A DNA stretch of 64,000 bases from Lenisia limosa (Eukaryota; Protista; Breviatea): assembly GCA_001655205.1 (NCBI GenBank), contig LPNZ01010852.1:1-64000 (forward strand). The letters run 5' to 3'. Below the pieces are notes generated by a model. That model had not been told where the DNA came from and ran no database searches. It saw nothing but the letters and a program-made list of their open reading frames with translations. Position 1 is the first letter of the stretch, and every line of letters begins with the position of its first letter. The translations under genes and the position numbers were made by a program. Positions 22,654-35,400 of this stretch are shown piece by piece.

Positions 22654-22756
22654 GTCTTTTGACTTCTGCCTTTCGGCTCTTTTTCGGATTCACATTTATG
22701 TGTTTCCTTTAACCACAACGGTGTTTTTTAACACCAACCTTCAATTTCCCAAAAAC
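22651..22756 (+). repeat. H4 3'UTR, right arm of the inverted repeat with the H3 3'UTR
   Basis: ~96% identical to the reverse complement of 21604-21710; a further AAAACTGACTC match at 22766-22776 vs 21598-21608. Confidence 0.93.
22720..22735 (+). promoter_or_regulatory. Histone-type 3' stem-loop candidate (GGTGTT-TTTT-AACACC) downstream of H4
   Basis: Identical hairpin to the one after H3, ~67 nt past the stop. Confidence 0.6.
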
Positions 22757-22879
22757 AACCAATGTAAAACTGACTCTTCTTTTGGTATACTTTGGCGCCT
22801 TTTTGTCTTTTTATTTTCTGACTTTTCATTCCTTCCTTTCTCTTCTGTCCTGATATAATTATTGTAATTACTTCTACAA

Positions 22880-23570
22880 CAGGTTGATCAGCCAGATTTT
22901 CACCTCGGAGTTTTGGTATAAACATCCAGAACCTGCTGCTAGTACAAAAGTACCCGCTGGCTCGGAATTCCATCCCCAGATCCCACAGTCCGAGCCGGCG
23001 GTCACTTTTCAATTTGAAAAATACAACACCAATCCTTTTGGAACTTCTCAATATCAGCTCAATATCAAGTGTATTATATAGATAGAATGACGTAGACAAG
23101 TTCTTTAGCTTAAACGCCTAAGGTTCCAGAGTTTTCTTAGATTGAATCGTGGTAATGAAGCTTAATAAAGTCTGTAATGAATGTAAGCGAAGAAAGAAGA
23201 AGTGCAGGTGAGCTAATAGGATCAAAATACGTTTTATCAAGGTTTGACACATCACTGTTATTTTGTGACGTTCCTTGTGACTAACCTTCCAGTGGACCGC
23301 CTGTTTGCGAGCTTTGTCTGTCAAAGTCATTAGGTTAGTGGAGATTTTACTTTCCGACCTTTGTGCTCTGATATATAAATAATATGATACCCACTTCCCT
23401 CTCTTGTAGCTCCTTGTCTTCTTTTACATTCTATAGACTGCAGATTTGATCCACCGAAGCGTCCAGGCCCGAAAGTGAAAGTAGCCTGTCGTGGCGATGG
23501 ATTGAAGGGGGACAGATCAGACTTCCTGAATGCAATTGTGTTGGTTGGGCGACACAATCCAAGGCTTTAA
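22880..23570 (+). other. Possible exon fragments of an unidentified gene
   Basis: Open, moderately GC-rich stretches (IFTSEFWYKHPEP..., DCRFDPPKRPGPKVKV...) inside AT-rich DNA; no recognisable family and no confident gene model. Confidence 0.2.
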
Positions 23571-24639
23571 CACTTAATAAATAAGTTCTATGTTTCAGGA
23601 GTACGGAGGGGGGGGGGCAAATGAAAAGGAAGAAAAATCCACATGAATACAAATTTTGGATTTTTGGAATCAATTGCCGTGAAATTATCTAAATAGTGAT
23701 TTCATTCATGAGATGAGCTGCTTTTTCTTTTCTTTTTTTAAACTACTAGTGCTCTTTGAAATTGTAACAGAATTAAAAATATAAAACGACGTTGTTCTAT
23801 TTAAATTTTGAAGTACTAAAGAGAATTACATCGATGGGATGTTGGAAGGAACAAGTGGATTGTGACCTGATTTTTGATGCTATTAAACTTCCCATTTTTT
23901 AAAAAACTTTTTCAGAAAAGTGTCGGGACTATTTATCCATTCCCATAACTTTGAGGGGAGAGTTACACAGAGTCATTATGAAGGCTACTTTCATGGAATT
24001 TGTTTTGACCTGTATTGTACCGCCAAGATTCCTTTTATGGACATAAGGCTGGATATTTTATGGAACCTGTCACCTGGTGTTTTTAATTCATATTTTTTGT
24101 GATATCTTTGAAAACTGAGACTTTGTAGACCTCAAAACCAGGCAGCGCCCCAGGCGATCCCTTTTGGTATACAGAATGACGACAACTTCCAAATTCGATT
24201 CCCACCAATGCCCCGCAACTCCCAAGAAAGCGGCAGCCTTGCAATGCTGTTGGGGGGGGGGGCTCTGGATGATGATTGTTCCTTTGAACTGCCATTAATA
24301 TATTAGGTTTTCCAAGCACGAAAAGGTTCTCAACAATGCATCCACCCAATGTAAGCCGATTGTTTTGATTCCTCTTACTAACATTTAGTGTGTACCGATT
24401 CTTTCAATCTTGTGACATCTGCATTCAGGTCGCACTATATTAGTACGTCCCCTAGGTTTTTCTTCAAATTGACCTTTCAGTTGCCTACCAATCTTGGACC
24501 GAAGGAATGGGAATTGTTGGCGTTCCACCTCTGTCGTACCTTGAGCCAAAAGGACCAGTAAGCCCCACCAGGGTTCATAATGCACTGACACTTTAGAGCG
24601 ATACATTCTCCGTTGACGTTGTTTGTTCAATTGGAGCTT

Positions 24640-26817
24640 TCATGAGAGGCCACATGGAACTCTGTACAAGGTGAGTTAATTTTGAATTTGACTGCTGCTT
24701 GTTGTTGCTTGTTCTTCTTGCTTTATAGGCTCATTAATCGCGCTCTGAACATGTTATCGACAGTGCCTCCTGAAATGGCAAGTACCTCACTTGTCTTGTC
24801 CATTGTGATTCTGATGGGCCTTGCGTCTGATGTTGGCGATTCCGCTGTTCTTGAGAAGGTTTGGCAATTACGTCTGTTTTACAACCTATCACTTATATTT
24901 ATTGCAACATATCACTGCTTAGTTGGGTAGTGACTTGTCTATTTTCGCTCCGCACGTCCAAATGAGTACATCAGTTGCAACCTTTGTAGAAGGTTTCATC
25001 TCTCCTCGAAACAGAGAACACGCTTTATGTAGGTTGAGACAACCGTTTATTGCGATGTCGTCATTCACCAAAATAGGCTGGAAGTTCCCTGTATATGGGC
25101 CAACAGATGTCACGAAAGAGCTCCCGCTGTCGGCCATTCCATTGTACGCTTTTGCTATAGTTGAGACTCACTTTTCAGCCTTGCCCACTCCCTTCTCGGC
25201 CCTCTAACTGAGGAATGGCCTTTTCAAGCAGGATGCCCAGCAGTGGTCCGTACACGACCGGTTTGCTATTTTTGCCCAATATTAACAGTTAACTTTGTAG
25301 AACCGTCGGCTTTTCCCAGGGATCTTACCTGAAAGCTGCCTACACTCACAAACCTTGAAGAAGCTGGACGAGATGCAAAACAACATGATGAACACCTTTG
25401 AAATGACAGATCATTCCTTTCAGCATGAAGTGGGCCTTGTAACAACCATGATAACTCTGATATGACATGTGTAACACTATCAGGAGCCGCATCACTTCCA
25501 TTTCTGTCAATCTCCAGAGAACCTGTCGCATAACCTAGTCAGCACCTGGTTTTTTTGAGTCTCAAAGCTGTTCTTTTATTTACACTTTAGCCTCCTCCCA
25601 GTCCATCGCCTTCCTTTCTTTCTTTAACCACCAGTGAAACGGAATTTATCCGGAGACAGGTGAGCCTAAAGGTAATACTTCTGACATACAATACAGGGCC
25701 GAGTTGAGGACTTCACAACATTGGACTTGGGACCTCTGGACCTCGAAAATGCTGAAGACGTCCCCCTCAGTGAGCTGGAATGTGACCTTAATAGCGCTGC
25801 TTGGTATTAGATGCTCGTATCTGACGGCATCAGGTGTGCCGCGTTGTCCTGAGTCCGAAGCCATATTCGAATCCTTGATTCAGTCTGCACCGGCGCCTCC
25901 CCAAGGCATGTCTCTCCAATACACCGTTTCAAATGGCGCAATCCTGCCTCTTGACCCCAACTTTGTCAACACTTTCTTCAGGGTTGGTGCCAGATTTAGG
26001 ATATCATCGGTGACTTTTTAGTTGGCAGCATCAACACGGCGGGTGGTCGAGACCATCGATGAGCCAATCATTGCTTCCTTGATCGGCAAAGCTTATGTCT
26101 TCATGAACTGTCTGCGGTGCAAGTTATCCACACTCCCCTTGAAATGAAATATTACTCATTTCTAACTCTTCAGCCTTACTCCATATTCTTCTTCTTTTCC
26201 GTTCTGCGAGGTACAACCAGGCACTTCAAGAGCTCCGGCGGCTCAAACCCTTCATCTTGGTGGGTGGTGTTTTGATGAACTGAAGTTGGTTGATATATGT
26301 GCTCATTTCACGTGCTCAGGAGAACTTTGTGTCATCTCTCGTTCTTCTTCCTAAGACTGCGTTTGCCATTTGTCACATTATTGGCTTTCTGGCCGACTTG
26401 AGGCAGGTTGGAGGGTCGAGTGTCTGTCTATTGGTTACGGTGTTTGCCTTGCATACTCCATTTAAAAATTTGCTTTTGATCCTTGTAGGCTGACCTTCTT
26501 GTTGAGCTTCGTGATGCGTTTTACTCCGAACGTAAGTAACGAAATGTTTTCAAGCAGAACTGATTCTGTAGACATTCCTGCACGTGAGATTGCGTGGATC
26601 ACTGGCTACTGTGAAGAGTTCCTCTCCGCTCTTGGTGTTGAGAGGCCACCACCAGGACCAAATCCGGGTAAGTCCTACGTTTGCCAAAGCCTAATGACAC
26701 CTTAGGAACCACGACTGTGTTTTCACTCGACTCTTTCTTTGCATATATTGCTAGGTCCTGCCAAGGCAAGCAGTAAGCGAATGAACTTTCAAATTACACT
26801 ATTATGATCTGTCATTC
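24640..26817 (+). CDS. Hypothetical, probably alpha-helical protein, multi-exon; start uncertain
   Basis: GT-AG-bounded exons give LINRALNMLSTVPPEMASTSLVLSIVILMGLASD, GVPRCPESEAIFESLIQ, LLHILLLFRSARYNQALQELRRLKPFIL, ENFVSSLVLLPKTAFAICHIIGFL and REIAWITGYCEEFLSALG; TGA at 26815-26817. Confidence 0.5.
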
Positions 26818-27100
26818 ATCAATCCCATTTACTTTTCAGCTCAAAACAGTTCCTTCCTCCTCCTCTCCATCCCCTTAGAATTCAAAACTTCTCGTGAGCT
26901 TCCTGGAATTTTTTCAAGCATTTTGTTTCCTTTATGACGCTTTTAGTGAGTAAGAGAAGCTCTATCTTTCGTTTCTTAATGTTCGGCTCGTGTTTCTTAC
27001 TTTTCTTATGTTGTTTCTCATATCATAATTGAGTTTAAGATTACTATCTTCAAGTGGCCCTTTAATATCATAAAGCCATATATCAAGCAAGCATCGGAGC

Positions 27101-29559
27101 TTAGAAGAGGTCGTGGAGAACCTTGTGGACGAAGTCAGTGGAGGCCGTGGGTTGATCGAGGGGAACCTGGACAGTGAAAACATGACAGGATTACGATAAC
27201 AATGCGGAAGAGGAGAACCTACCATGTGACCGGCCTGGTAGACACGGACGTATGAGAGGTTGTCAACAGTGGTGATCTTACCAGCGAGTTGTCCGCCAGA
27301 ATACCATTCCTTAAATATGAGTCAGGGCAGGTCGGGCCATGCATGACTCACCTTGGGCTCAGCGGCGGCCCACTTGCTCTGTCCAGCCCACTTGAGGTGG
27401 GGGAGGAAGTACTCCGTTCCGCGGTCTGCAGCATTACTTTTAAAACAAGAGAAAAAAAAATATAGGGATACAAAACTACATTACACTTGGTAAATTGAGG
27501 GTGCCAAGAGTAAGTCCACTAAAAGGCATACGATTGCAGATGAAATCCTGGTCGCCGGAGTAGAAGACAGCAAGCTTGCCGGCGTCAAGAACAGCCGAAA
27601 CAGCGTGGTCCACTGAGCGCCTATTGAGTAAACCCAGGGAAGAGGGTATCTCATGGTCAAGTTCAACCCACATCCAGTCGTCTTCGAACTGCTGGTTGAC
27701 GGGGCCGTTGCAGGTTTCCCAGGTCTTATCAACGCCAATGCGTTGTTGGACCTCGTCAAGGTTGAGGTAGGATACCACGTTCGAGAAGTCGTAGCACAGG
27801 CCGGGAATCTAACATGTTAGCTGGACAAGACGTTTTAGAAGCAAAGGGTAAAGGACTCACCTTGCAGGGAATACGGATGTCATAGGGGTTGATGTTGGTG
27901 GGAACAGTGACGTCAGAAATGAGCTAAAAAGTGGATAAGTGAGTGGATAGAGTGAGTGGAGTCCTACAGAAGTGCAAGTGAGATAGGCGGTAGTGAAGCG
28001 GCCGGCATCGATGATACGTTCGCACTCGTGAGTGGTGAGGTTCATGCGGTGGTAGAGGTTTTTGTCAATGAGATGATGTTCAAAGGCATAGTCACCATAG
28101 GCACGGAGCTGAAAGCGGTTAGGGGTGGCATAGTCACCATAGGCACGGAGAGGAATTGGCTTGAAAGCATAACTAAAAGTTTCATACCTGGTAGCGAGGC
28201 CACACCATTCCGTTTCCAACAGCGAATCCCTAAATAGTCAACACAACAAGCGGGAAGTGAACGCACCTTGAAGTTGATATGACGTCCACCCTCTTCATTG
28301 CCCTTAACAATACGGGCAGAGCAAGATGGAACCTGGAAGGTCAATCTCACTACCACCTTGAAAGACACTCACATAATGGCCGCCGTAAGATTCACCAAAG
28401 ATGTAGAAGGGGTTGTTCTTAAGATGGGGGTACTCGTCGTGCATGTACTTTGTTACAAAGTTGTAGACTGAAAATGTGAGAGAAGCTCACGACAATCACT
28501 CCTGCTTACTGTCTTCTGAGACTTCAGCCTCGTTGCCGACGGACTTCACGTCGTCTAAATCAGTAAAAGAGGAGTTATGACAGTAGCACATTTAAGTTCT
28601 TATACTGTTTGAAATTCCTGGCTTTAATGAGAACTAGGTCAAAAAAAAAAAAAAAAAAANNNNNNNNNNNNNNNNNNNNNNNNNNNNNNNNNNNNNNNNN
28701 NNNNNNNNNNNNNNNNNNNNNNNNNNNNNNNNNNNNNNNNNNNNNNNNNNNNNNNNNNAAAACTAGTCATAAACTTCATCATGAGCTTCTTTGTAGTTTT
28801 TACTTCATAAATAGTATACATATGATATATCATATTTATTTATTCATAATAATAGAAACCTTCATGTTACGCACTCCAGATATGTCTGTCTGCTCTGCAT
28901 ACCAGTGGAGGAGAACCCGACGTCAGTAGGCTGGTCGATGAAGATAATGTAAGCCTCGTTGTTCCATGACTCAGGGTTGACAGAAAGCTCAAGGTTGTCG
29001 TCAAGCTTGTAGGGTCCGTTTTCAACAAAGAGGGCGAGCTGATCACGGTGAAAAAGAATGGAACAAGACACACATGTCCTGCCTGTATAACCCACAACCA
29101 ACCATGTTGAAAGTCGGGACCGGACCAGCCCCCCCTCTCATCAATTACTATCATCCCATCCATTCATCCCTGTCCACGGAACCTTCATCGTTGCATTCTA
29201 AATGAACCAACCTCACCTGACCAGAGCATCCAGGTCCTCCTGAAAAACATAAGTGAACATATCTTAACGACATCATCATTCTCTTCAATATAAGGTTCTA
29301 TGTAGGCTTACCAGTCATCCAGAGAATGACAGGGGCGCTAGTATTGCCGTTGCGGGGTTCGAAAGACCAGTGGAAAAGACGAGCTGAAGAGTTACTCCGT
29401 TTAAACTGCGGAATGCTTACTATTAGCTTCCTCGTTAACAAGGATACGTCCAGTGTGTTGCTTCTCAGCCTGTTCGCCAATAACGCGAGGCATAGTGATG
29501 GGAGCGGCAAAAGCCACAGAAAGAAGTGCCAAAATGGCAATAAATACTGCACTTCTCAT
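27101..29559 (-). CDS. Serine carboxypeptidase, peptidase family S10, secreted; multi-exon
   Basis: Signal peptide MRSAVFIAILALLSVAFA; PVILWMTGGPGCSG; LFVENGPY; IFIDQPTDVGFS; catalytic GESYGGHY (~28375-28398), YSGDQDFIC and AGHMVP; stop TAA at 27101. Confidence 0.93.
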
Positions 29560-29804
29560 CGTTGTCAGTATTAAGGGGCTGATTTTTTTTTCCCCATTTT
29601 ATATAAGAATCCCGGAACGGGGGGAACTGGTCAGAATCAGAAAACTTAGCCTCCCAGCCTCCTCCAGCCTCCCCCTCTCCTAACAAGCCACTGATAAGCC
29701 ACTAGGCCACTAGGCCACTAGTTAGTTGACAGCGAGACAGCGAACCCAGCAGCCACCGCAGACTTGCCCCAGACAACCCCCACCTCGTGTGAAATAGTCC
29801 CAAA

Positions 29805-32350
29805 ATGGATTATGACAATTTCTCTCAAATGGTTTGTGTTCTATTTCTTAATACAATGGATTTCCAAGGAGATGTTACAATCCAGGTGCTCTCAGCATCT
29901 TTACTCAATCACTCTTCGACATTGTCGAATATCTCGGCATACGCCAACCCTATTGGTCCTTATGTGGGTGGTTATAATGCACTTTTCAAATACCAAAGAG
30001 CAAACCTATTGTAAAAACCCATTATTATATTTGTTACTCTCAATTATACAGTATATATATATTTTTACGCGCTTTGATAATTCCCAGTTTAATTATGGTA
30101 ACTTTTCAAAACAAACCAGAGCTATGTCAGTGGTATTCATAACGAGACAGGGTCGAAGTGCGCTCTTCCACGCCTGCTCAGAAGGTAACCTAAGTGTTGC
30201 CAAGGCCATTGTGGGAATGGGTGGGGACATGGCTGCTGACGGGGCTCATATCCGACGGAACGCTGGCGTGTGCACCGTAGGGGGGGGGGGTCAGAAAGAA
30301 ATGCGAGTGTCCATTTGGATTTGTTGGTCGTTGTAATTTGTGCAGCCGAAATCTCTGTTGCAGTACGCAGCAGCGCATGGATTCCTCAATGTAAGAATGT
30401 GCGCTCTGTTTTTATGTTAAAGATAGTCATTCATATGCCGATTTCAAATGAAGAGAAAAGCCCTCCAAAGGAAGACGGCAAATCTGTAAACAATGTTGCC
30501 ATTTGACATTTAGTGGGCTACATTGTCGGCATTCGGCTGGGCCGCGGATAGAGGGCATCTCCATGTCTGCCAATATTTGATCGACAAGGTTGGTCAGCCT
30601 TATGGTTGTCTCACAGTGTAGGGCGTTGCTATCAATGCAGTTGTTGGATATGTAAGGTATGGGGGTGAAACTAACCTTTCAGAACCGAACAGCCCTGTTT
30701 TATGCTGCCAGAAGTGGTCATGCAAATGTAGGGCTTTGCTTTTCTTTTCATGCCTTCAAGGTTGTACAGTATCTATTGAATTGTGGTATTTCAACCAAAC
30801 ACAAAGACCATAATGTAAGGAGTGATCGTTCTAATATTAGGATGATACAGCAGCTCATAGGAGTGTTCATGCACGTGACCCTGGAGCTTTACTGGCTTTA
30901 TTAGAGGGCTCTGTTCTGTCCAATCCATGTAAGGTGAGTAACCTCACAGTTTTCAGCTCTTTTCCATATCCTTTCATTTCTTTAGTTTTCTCCCCTCCAT
31001 GAAGCCTGCATGGTAGGAGTTGCAGTTAGCTTATAGCGTAGATTGGGAATGTCTCAGCCATATGTGTGCTTTTAGACAGTCATGAAGGTAGACGTTCACT
31101 TAGGACTGAAGCATCCTTCATTTGCCAAACCCCCTTGTCAATTGCTCTGTCATATGGTCATTCTAATGTTTGTTGTTGTTCTTCAGCTGACTTGTAGGTG
31201 GCAGAGATTCTTTTGGAGGCAGGAGCAAACCCAAAACAACGCACCTCCGAGGTAATTACATGTTGGCCTTTAATATCTCAGGAATTACCGTTGATATATC
31301 GTGTTGATAATTTGGACGGCTATCTTTATCTAAAGAACTGTTTGGGTATTGACCTCATTCCAAATTTTGAGGTTTGTTCTCACCAAGGCTGTTGGACATG
31401 GCTCTACTAATTTTTCCTTCAATTTACATTCACTCCCAAATGGATTTACTCAACCACAGTATGACACGATATAGTATAATAGATTTATCATAGTATATCA
31501 TACTAATATGTATGTACATCTTTCTGAAATAACTTTTCAACTTTGTAGAAGATGCCTCCTTTACACTTCGCTGCAATGTGCGATTCTGTTCCCCTTTTTG
31601 CCCACATTTTGGCTGATAACTTGAGTAATGTCAATTCAACGAACCACGCAGTAGGACTGTAGTGAGCTGACCCCAGAATGAGACGCCGCTTCTGAAGGCT
31701 ATCCGGTCGGACATTGGCGTGAACGTTTCGCTCCTCCTCGATAATGGAGCGGTTGTCTCTGATCTGTATAGCATTTCTGGCGTGGGAGGGGTTACTTGTC
31801 AGTTGACTGTTCCTAAAAACCATGTCGTAATGCAAACTGCTGAAGTGTGGACTATGTAATTTGAATATAGAGTTCAGCCCTGATTTTGACTGTCCAGGAT
31901 CATAATTTGAATGTTCTACAAGTAGCCATTCTTGACGGGTCAAAAAGTGTTGTTCGAGTGCTGCTGGAGCACCAGATTGTTGACATCAATTATGAAACTC
32001 CAATGGTGGGTCTAACACTGCGTTCCTCTTCAGCTTTATAGTTTTTGTTTGAAGGGCTGCTAATTACATCCACAGGGGATAACCGCTCTGAACCTTGCGC
32101 TTGAGCGCCAGACTGAACTTGTGGAAGTAAGTCTTGATGACATCTCAGTTTCCAGGCTCTACTCAAGGCTGGTGCCGATCCTAATGGCTTTATGCCTGTG
32201 AGATGGGGGTGCCTTCTGGTGGTGCTTGATTAATCATTTTAGTCCATGAGAGGAGAAGGAGAGACCCTTCTACGATACTGCAGGAACACACCTGACCAGG
32301 AACACACGAAAATGGCTCTGCTTTTGCTTCATTACGGCGCAACAACTTGA
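29805..32350 (+). CDS. Ankyrin-repeat protein, multi-exon
   Basis: Repeated ANK motifs: GRSALFHACSEGNLSVAKAIV, WAADRGHLHVCQYLID, RTALFYAARSGHANVVQYLLNCG, SPLHEAC, TPLSIALSYGH..VAEILLEAGANP, ETPLLKAIR, LLKAGADPN; ends are approximate. Confidence 0.85.
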
Positions 32351-32416
32351 CCAGCCAAGAAAAATAAACAGCATATATCAATACAAACACCCAAGAAACC
32401 CCAATACTATTTTGAA

Positions 32417-35400
32417 TTAGATGCGGTGGCCTGATGCAGGATCAGCAGTGCGTGGCCGTGGAGCGCTACAGTTATTAATCCATGGTCAAGATGGCGATTT
32501 TAAGGGGACAGGACATCAGTATTGAGATGAAGAAGGCAACTCACCGTTCAACGTCTTTCCATCCACAGCAGGCGTGACGCATGCGGTGCCACAGGCGCTG
32601 GAACCAGTTCATCTTCTCGTGGCGGCGTACACTGCAGGGTGAGAATGGCAATGCAAAGATAGATACAGAGGACACGCGGCGGCGTACTTGACACGAGGCT
32701 GGCCGGGAGTGCCGGCGGCGGCGGCGTCGTCATCGTCACCATCCACCATTCGGGCGCCTCCGAACATCTCATCGTCAACGGTGCCGGTACGGACAACCTG
32801 GGTGGTCATTTCGATGTAGGAGGGTATCGGGAGGAGGAGGGGGTGAACGCAGAACAGCACAATATTCAATGCAGATGATAATCGAAAAGTTAACCAAGAA
32901 GAAACGTATCAGAAAGACAAGCATTGGCCTAGCCCACCTCCTTTGGAGCGGAGTTGGTGTGGCCAAGTTTACCCCAGTCCACACGGGCTCCTCCGCCCGG
33001 TCCGCGGTAGTAGTCACCTAGGGATGTGAGACAATATGCAGGGAGAGAAATATATTTGTAGCAACCAGGAAAAACGGCTGAGTAGTTGCGGAGGTTGGCT
33101 TGAGAACAAAAGGACAAAAGGACCCACCAAGCTTGACGAATTCCGCGTCGTCAGTGGCCGTCGTGGCCGTCTCGGCCTCCATCTCCATCTCAACGGTTTT
33201 GGTGGTGGGAGCAAGAAGGCGCTCACGTCTGGCGCGCATCGGTTCGGCCTTGGTGGACAGACGCGATTGCTGGTACTGCATCGTGAGATGTCCACAGTTA
33301 CAAGGTGATGGTCAGAAAGGAGGGTGAAAACAACGCCCAACATACGACGGTCTTAGGACGACGAAGGTAGAACACGGCGGCGGCGGCCATGATCCCGCCT
33401 GAGGTCAGGAAGAACAGCAGGAACTTCCACCAGTCGCCCTCGTTCTCCCATGCCGTGTCAAGGGAACGCGCAATGTAAGTGCCACTGAGAGTGGTGGCAA
33501 TGATGCGATAGTGCACCTGGGGGGGGGGGGGNNNNNNNNNNNNNNNNNNNNNNNNNNNNNNNNNNNNNNNNNNNNNNNNNNNNNNNNNNNNNNNNNNNNN
33601 NNNNNNNNNNNNNNNNAAACGACACAGACAACTGAATGAGAGGCCTACAGTGATTCCGTTGTTGAGGTTGGCGCCCATAAGGCCGTCTTCAATCTCAAGA
33701 CTAGTAGTGTTGGTCACAAGCTCGAATTCCGAAGATGAGCCGCTGCAGCCTATAGCGTTAGAGATATGCGGTGGTTTCAACAGTGCATCTTGCGAAGTGA
33801 CCATAGCATATGATATGATAGCTCCAGCCTACCGCTGCAGTCGGTGGCTCTGCGGTAGTAGCTGAACGTCACGTTGCCGACATCGTCAGGGAAGTAGAGT
33901 GGCTCAAGCTTGATGCGAAGTCTGAAGGTCAGGGGGGAGTATCCTTTGTAACGTTGTGATATTGATTGTCAAATGTCCTGTTGCAAGAGAGCATTGTCAC
34001 AGCCCCACAAACTTCCAGTCAAACCAGCCGCCGATTTCCTCGAACGCAACATGGATGAGAGGGACCTGCTTGTCGGTGTAGCCAACTGCGGGGTCAAAGG
34101 GCACTCAAGTCAATCATCTTGGTTATCATTCTCAACCATCAGTTCAACAAGGGGCTCACGGCTCATGCTCTTGTCAACCTTCTGCGTGACGCGGACCTCA
34201 CCCGCAGTGTCCGTTAGGTCAATGGAGCCTTCAACGGAGTCCTGCAGGTCAATCCAAGGAAACGTATGCACCGAAATTACAGCACAGAATTGTGAGTTTG
34301 ATGCCGCTTATGCCATAATGGACCCGGGAGTGGACCCCGATATTTATATTACATCCCCAGGTTCCATTTACTGTTATTGCCTGATCTCAAAACCAACACC
34401 ACGCATACCACAATGATAAGCTCACTGGGTGAGCCGCGGCGGCGGTTGTCGTAAACAATAAAACTATCATCCTGGGGGGTTATTGGGAAAAGAGAAAAAC
34501 TAATGGAAAATGAATAGTAGTACAGTACAAGATTGAGAGAGTTGCATGAATCATCAAAGGGCCTCAGTGACAGTTGCAGACCTGGGGAGGATTGACAAGG
34601 AGGTCAATGGTAACTCCGAGAGCCTCTCCGGGGGGAAGGTACTTGTCGCTGTTGATGACGAGCTTCTGGACCGGAATCTTGTTTTCATTGATAGTCTAAC
34701 GGGTCAGGCTGGGACAAGAAAAAAACAATCTTTGAATGATCAATTGCTAGTGTTGCAAAAGGTTGGCAGAAGCCTACGTTTTCAACGGTGTAGGGGTAGA
34801 TGATGGAGTCGGGCTTAATGATGACGTTGATGGGAATGTAGCAGGCCATGTCGACGTGGTATGCCGTGCGGTCTCCGATGTTACTGAGGGGTCACTTCCA
34901 TCACAATATACTGTGACCAGGATAAGTCTTGACCTATTTTCCTTGGGAAAACACATAGCAAATCGGTCAAGACTTATCCCAGTCACTGTATATCACATAG
35001 CAAATCGGTTTATCCTCTGTCATTGAAAATATTCCGAGCTTTTTGAGCCCCCCCCCCCACGTGATAGTCAGGACAATTTGAGTGTCGGTAGTCTCACCCT
35101 GGTACATGTACTACAGATTGTGTCAGAAGCTAACGTTGGAGGCATGTAGAGGCAAATGATTGCGGACTTCATAACAGACAACATATTATCCTAGTTGGCC
35201 AGACCCCCTCCCCCACCTGGGTGTCAGTGACTTCACCATCCGCATTAATGATGCCGCCGGTGAAGGTCACGCTCAGCCACGCGCCATGTGCTGATACGCT
35301 GGCGCCATAGCCCACTGATCGGCTGTCTTCCTGTCGCAGGGTAAGAAATAGTGTTATCAGGGCAAAGATTCCTCATGTCTCCAGTTCAACCGTAAGTACA

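Noticed and set aside
21629-22858. Long ORFs overlapping the histones (21629-22018, 21714-22151, 22252-22569, 22349-22858)
   Set aside because: Antisense or alternate-frame shadows caused by strong codon bias of the histone genes; no independent coding signal
26230-26410. RhoGAP-like resemblance in the hypothetical protein (LPKTAFAICHIIGFL)
   Set aside because: No arginine-finger motif identified; the similarity is generic amphipathic helix
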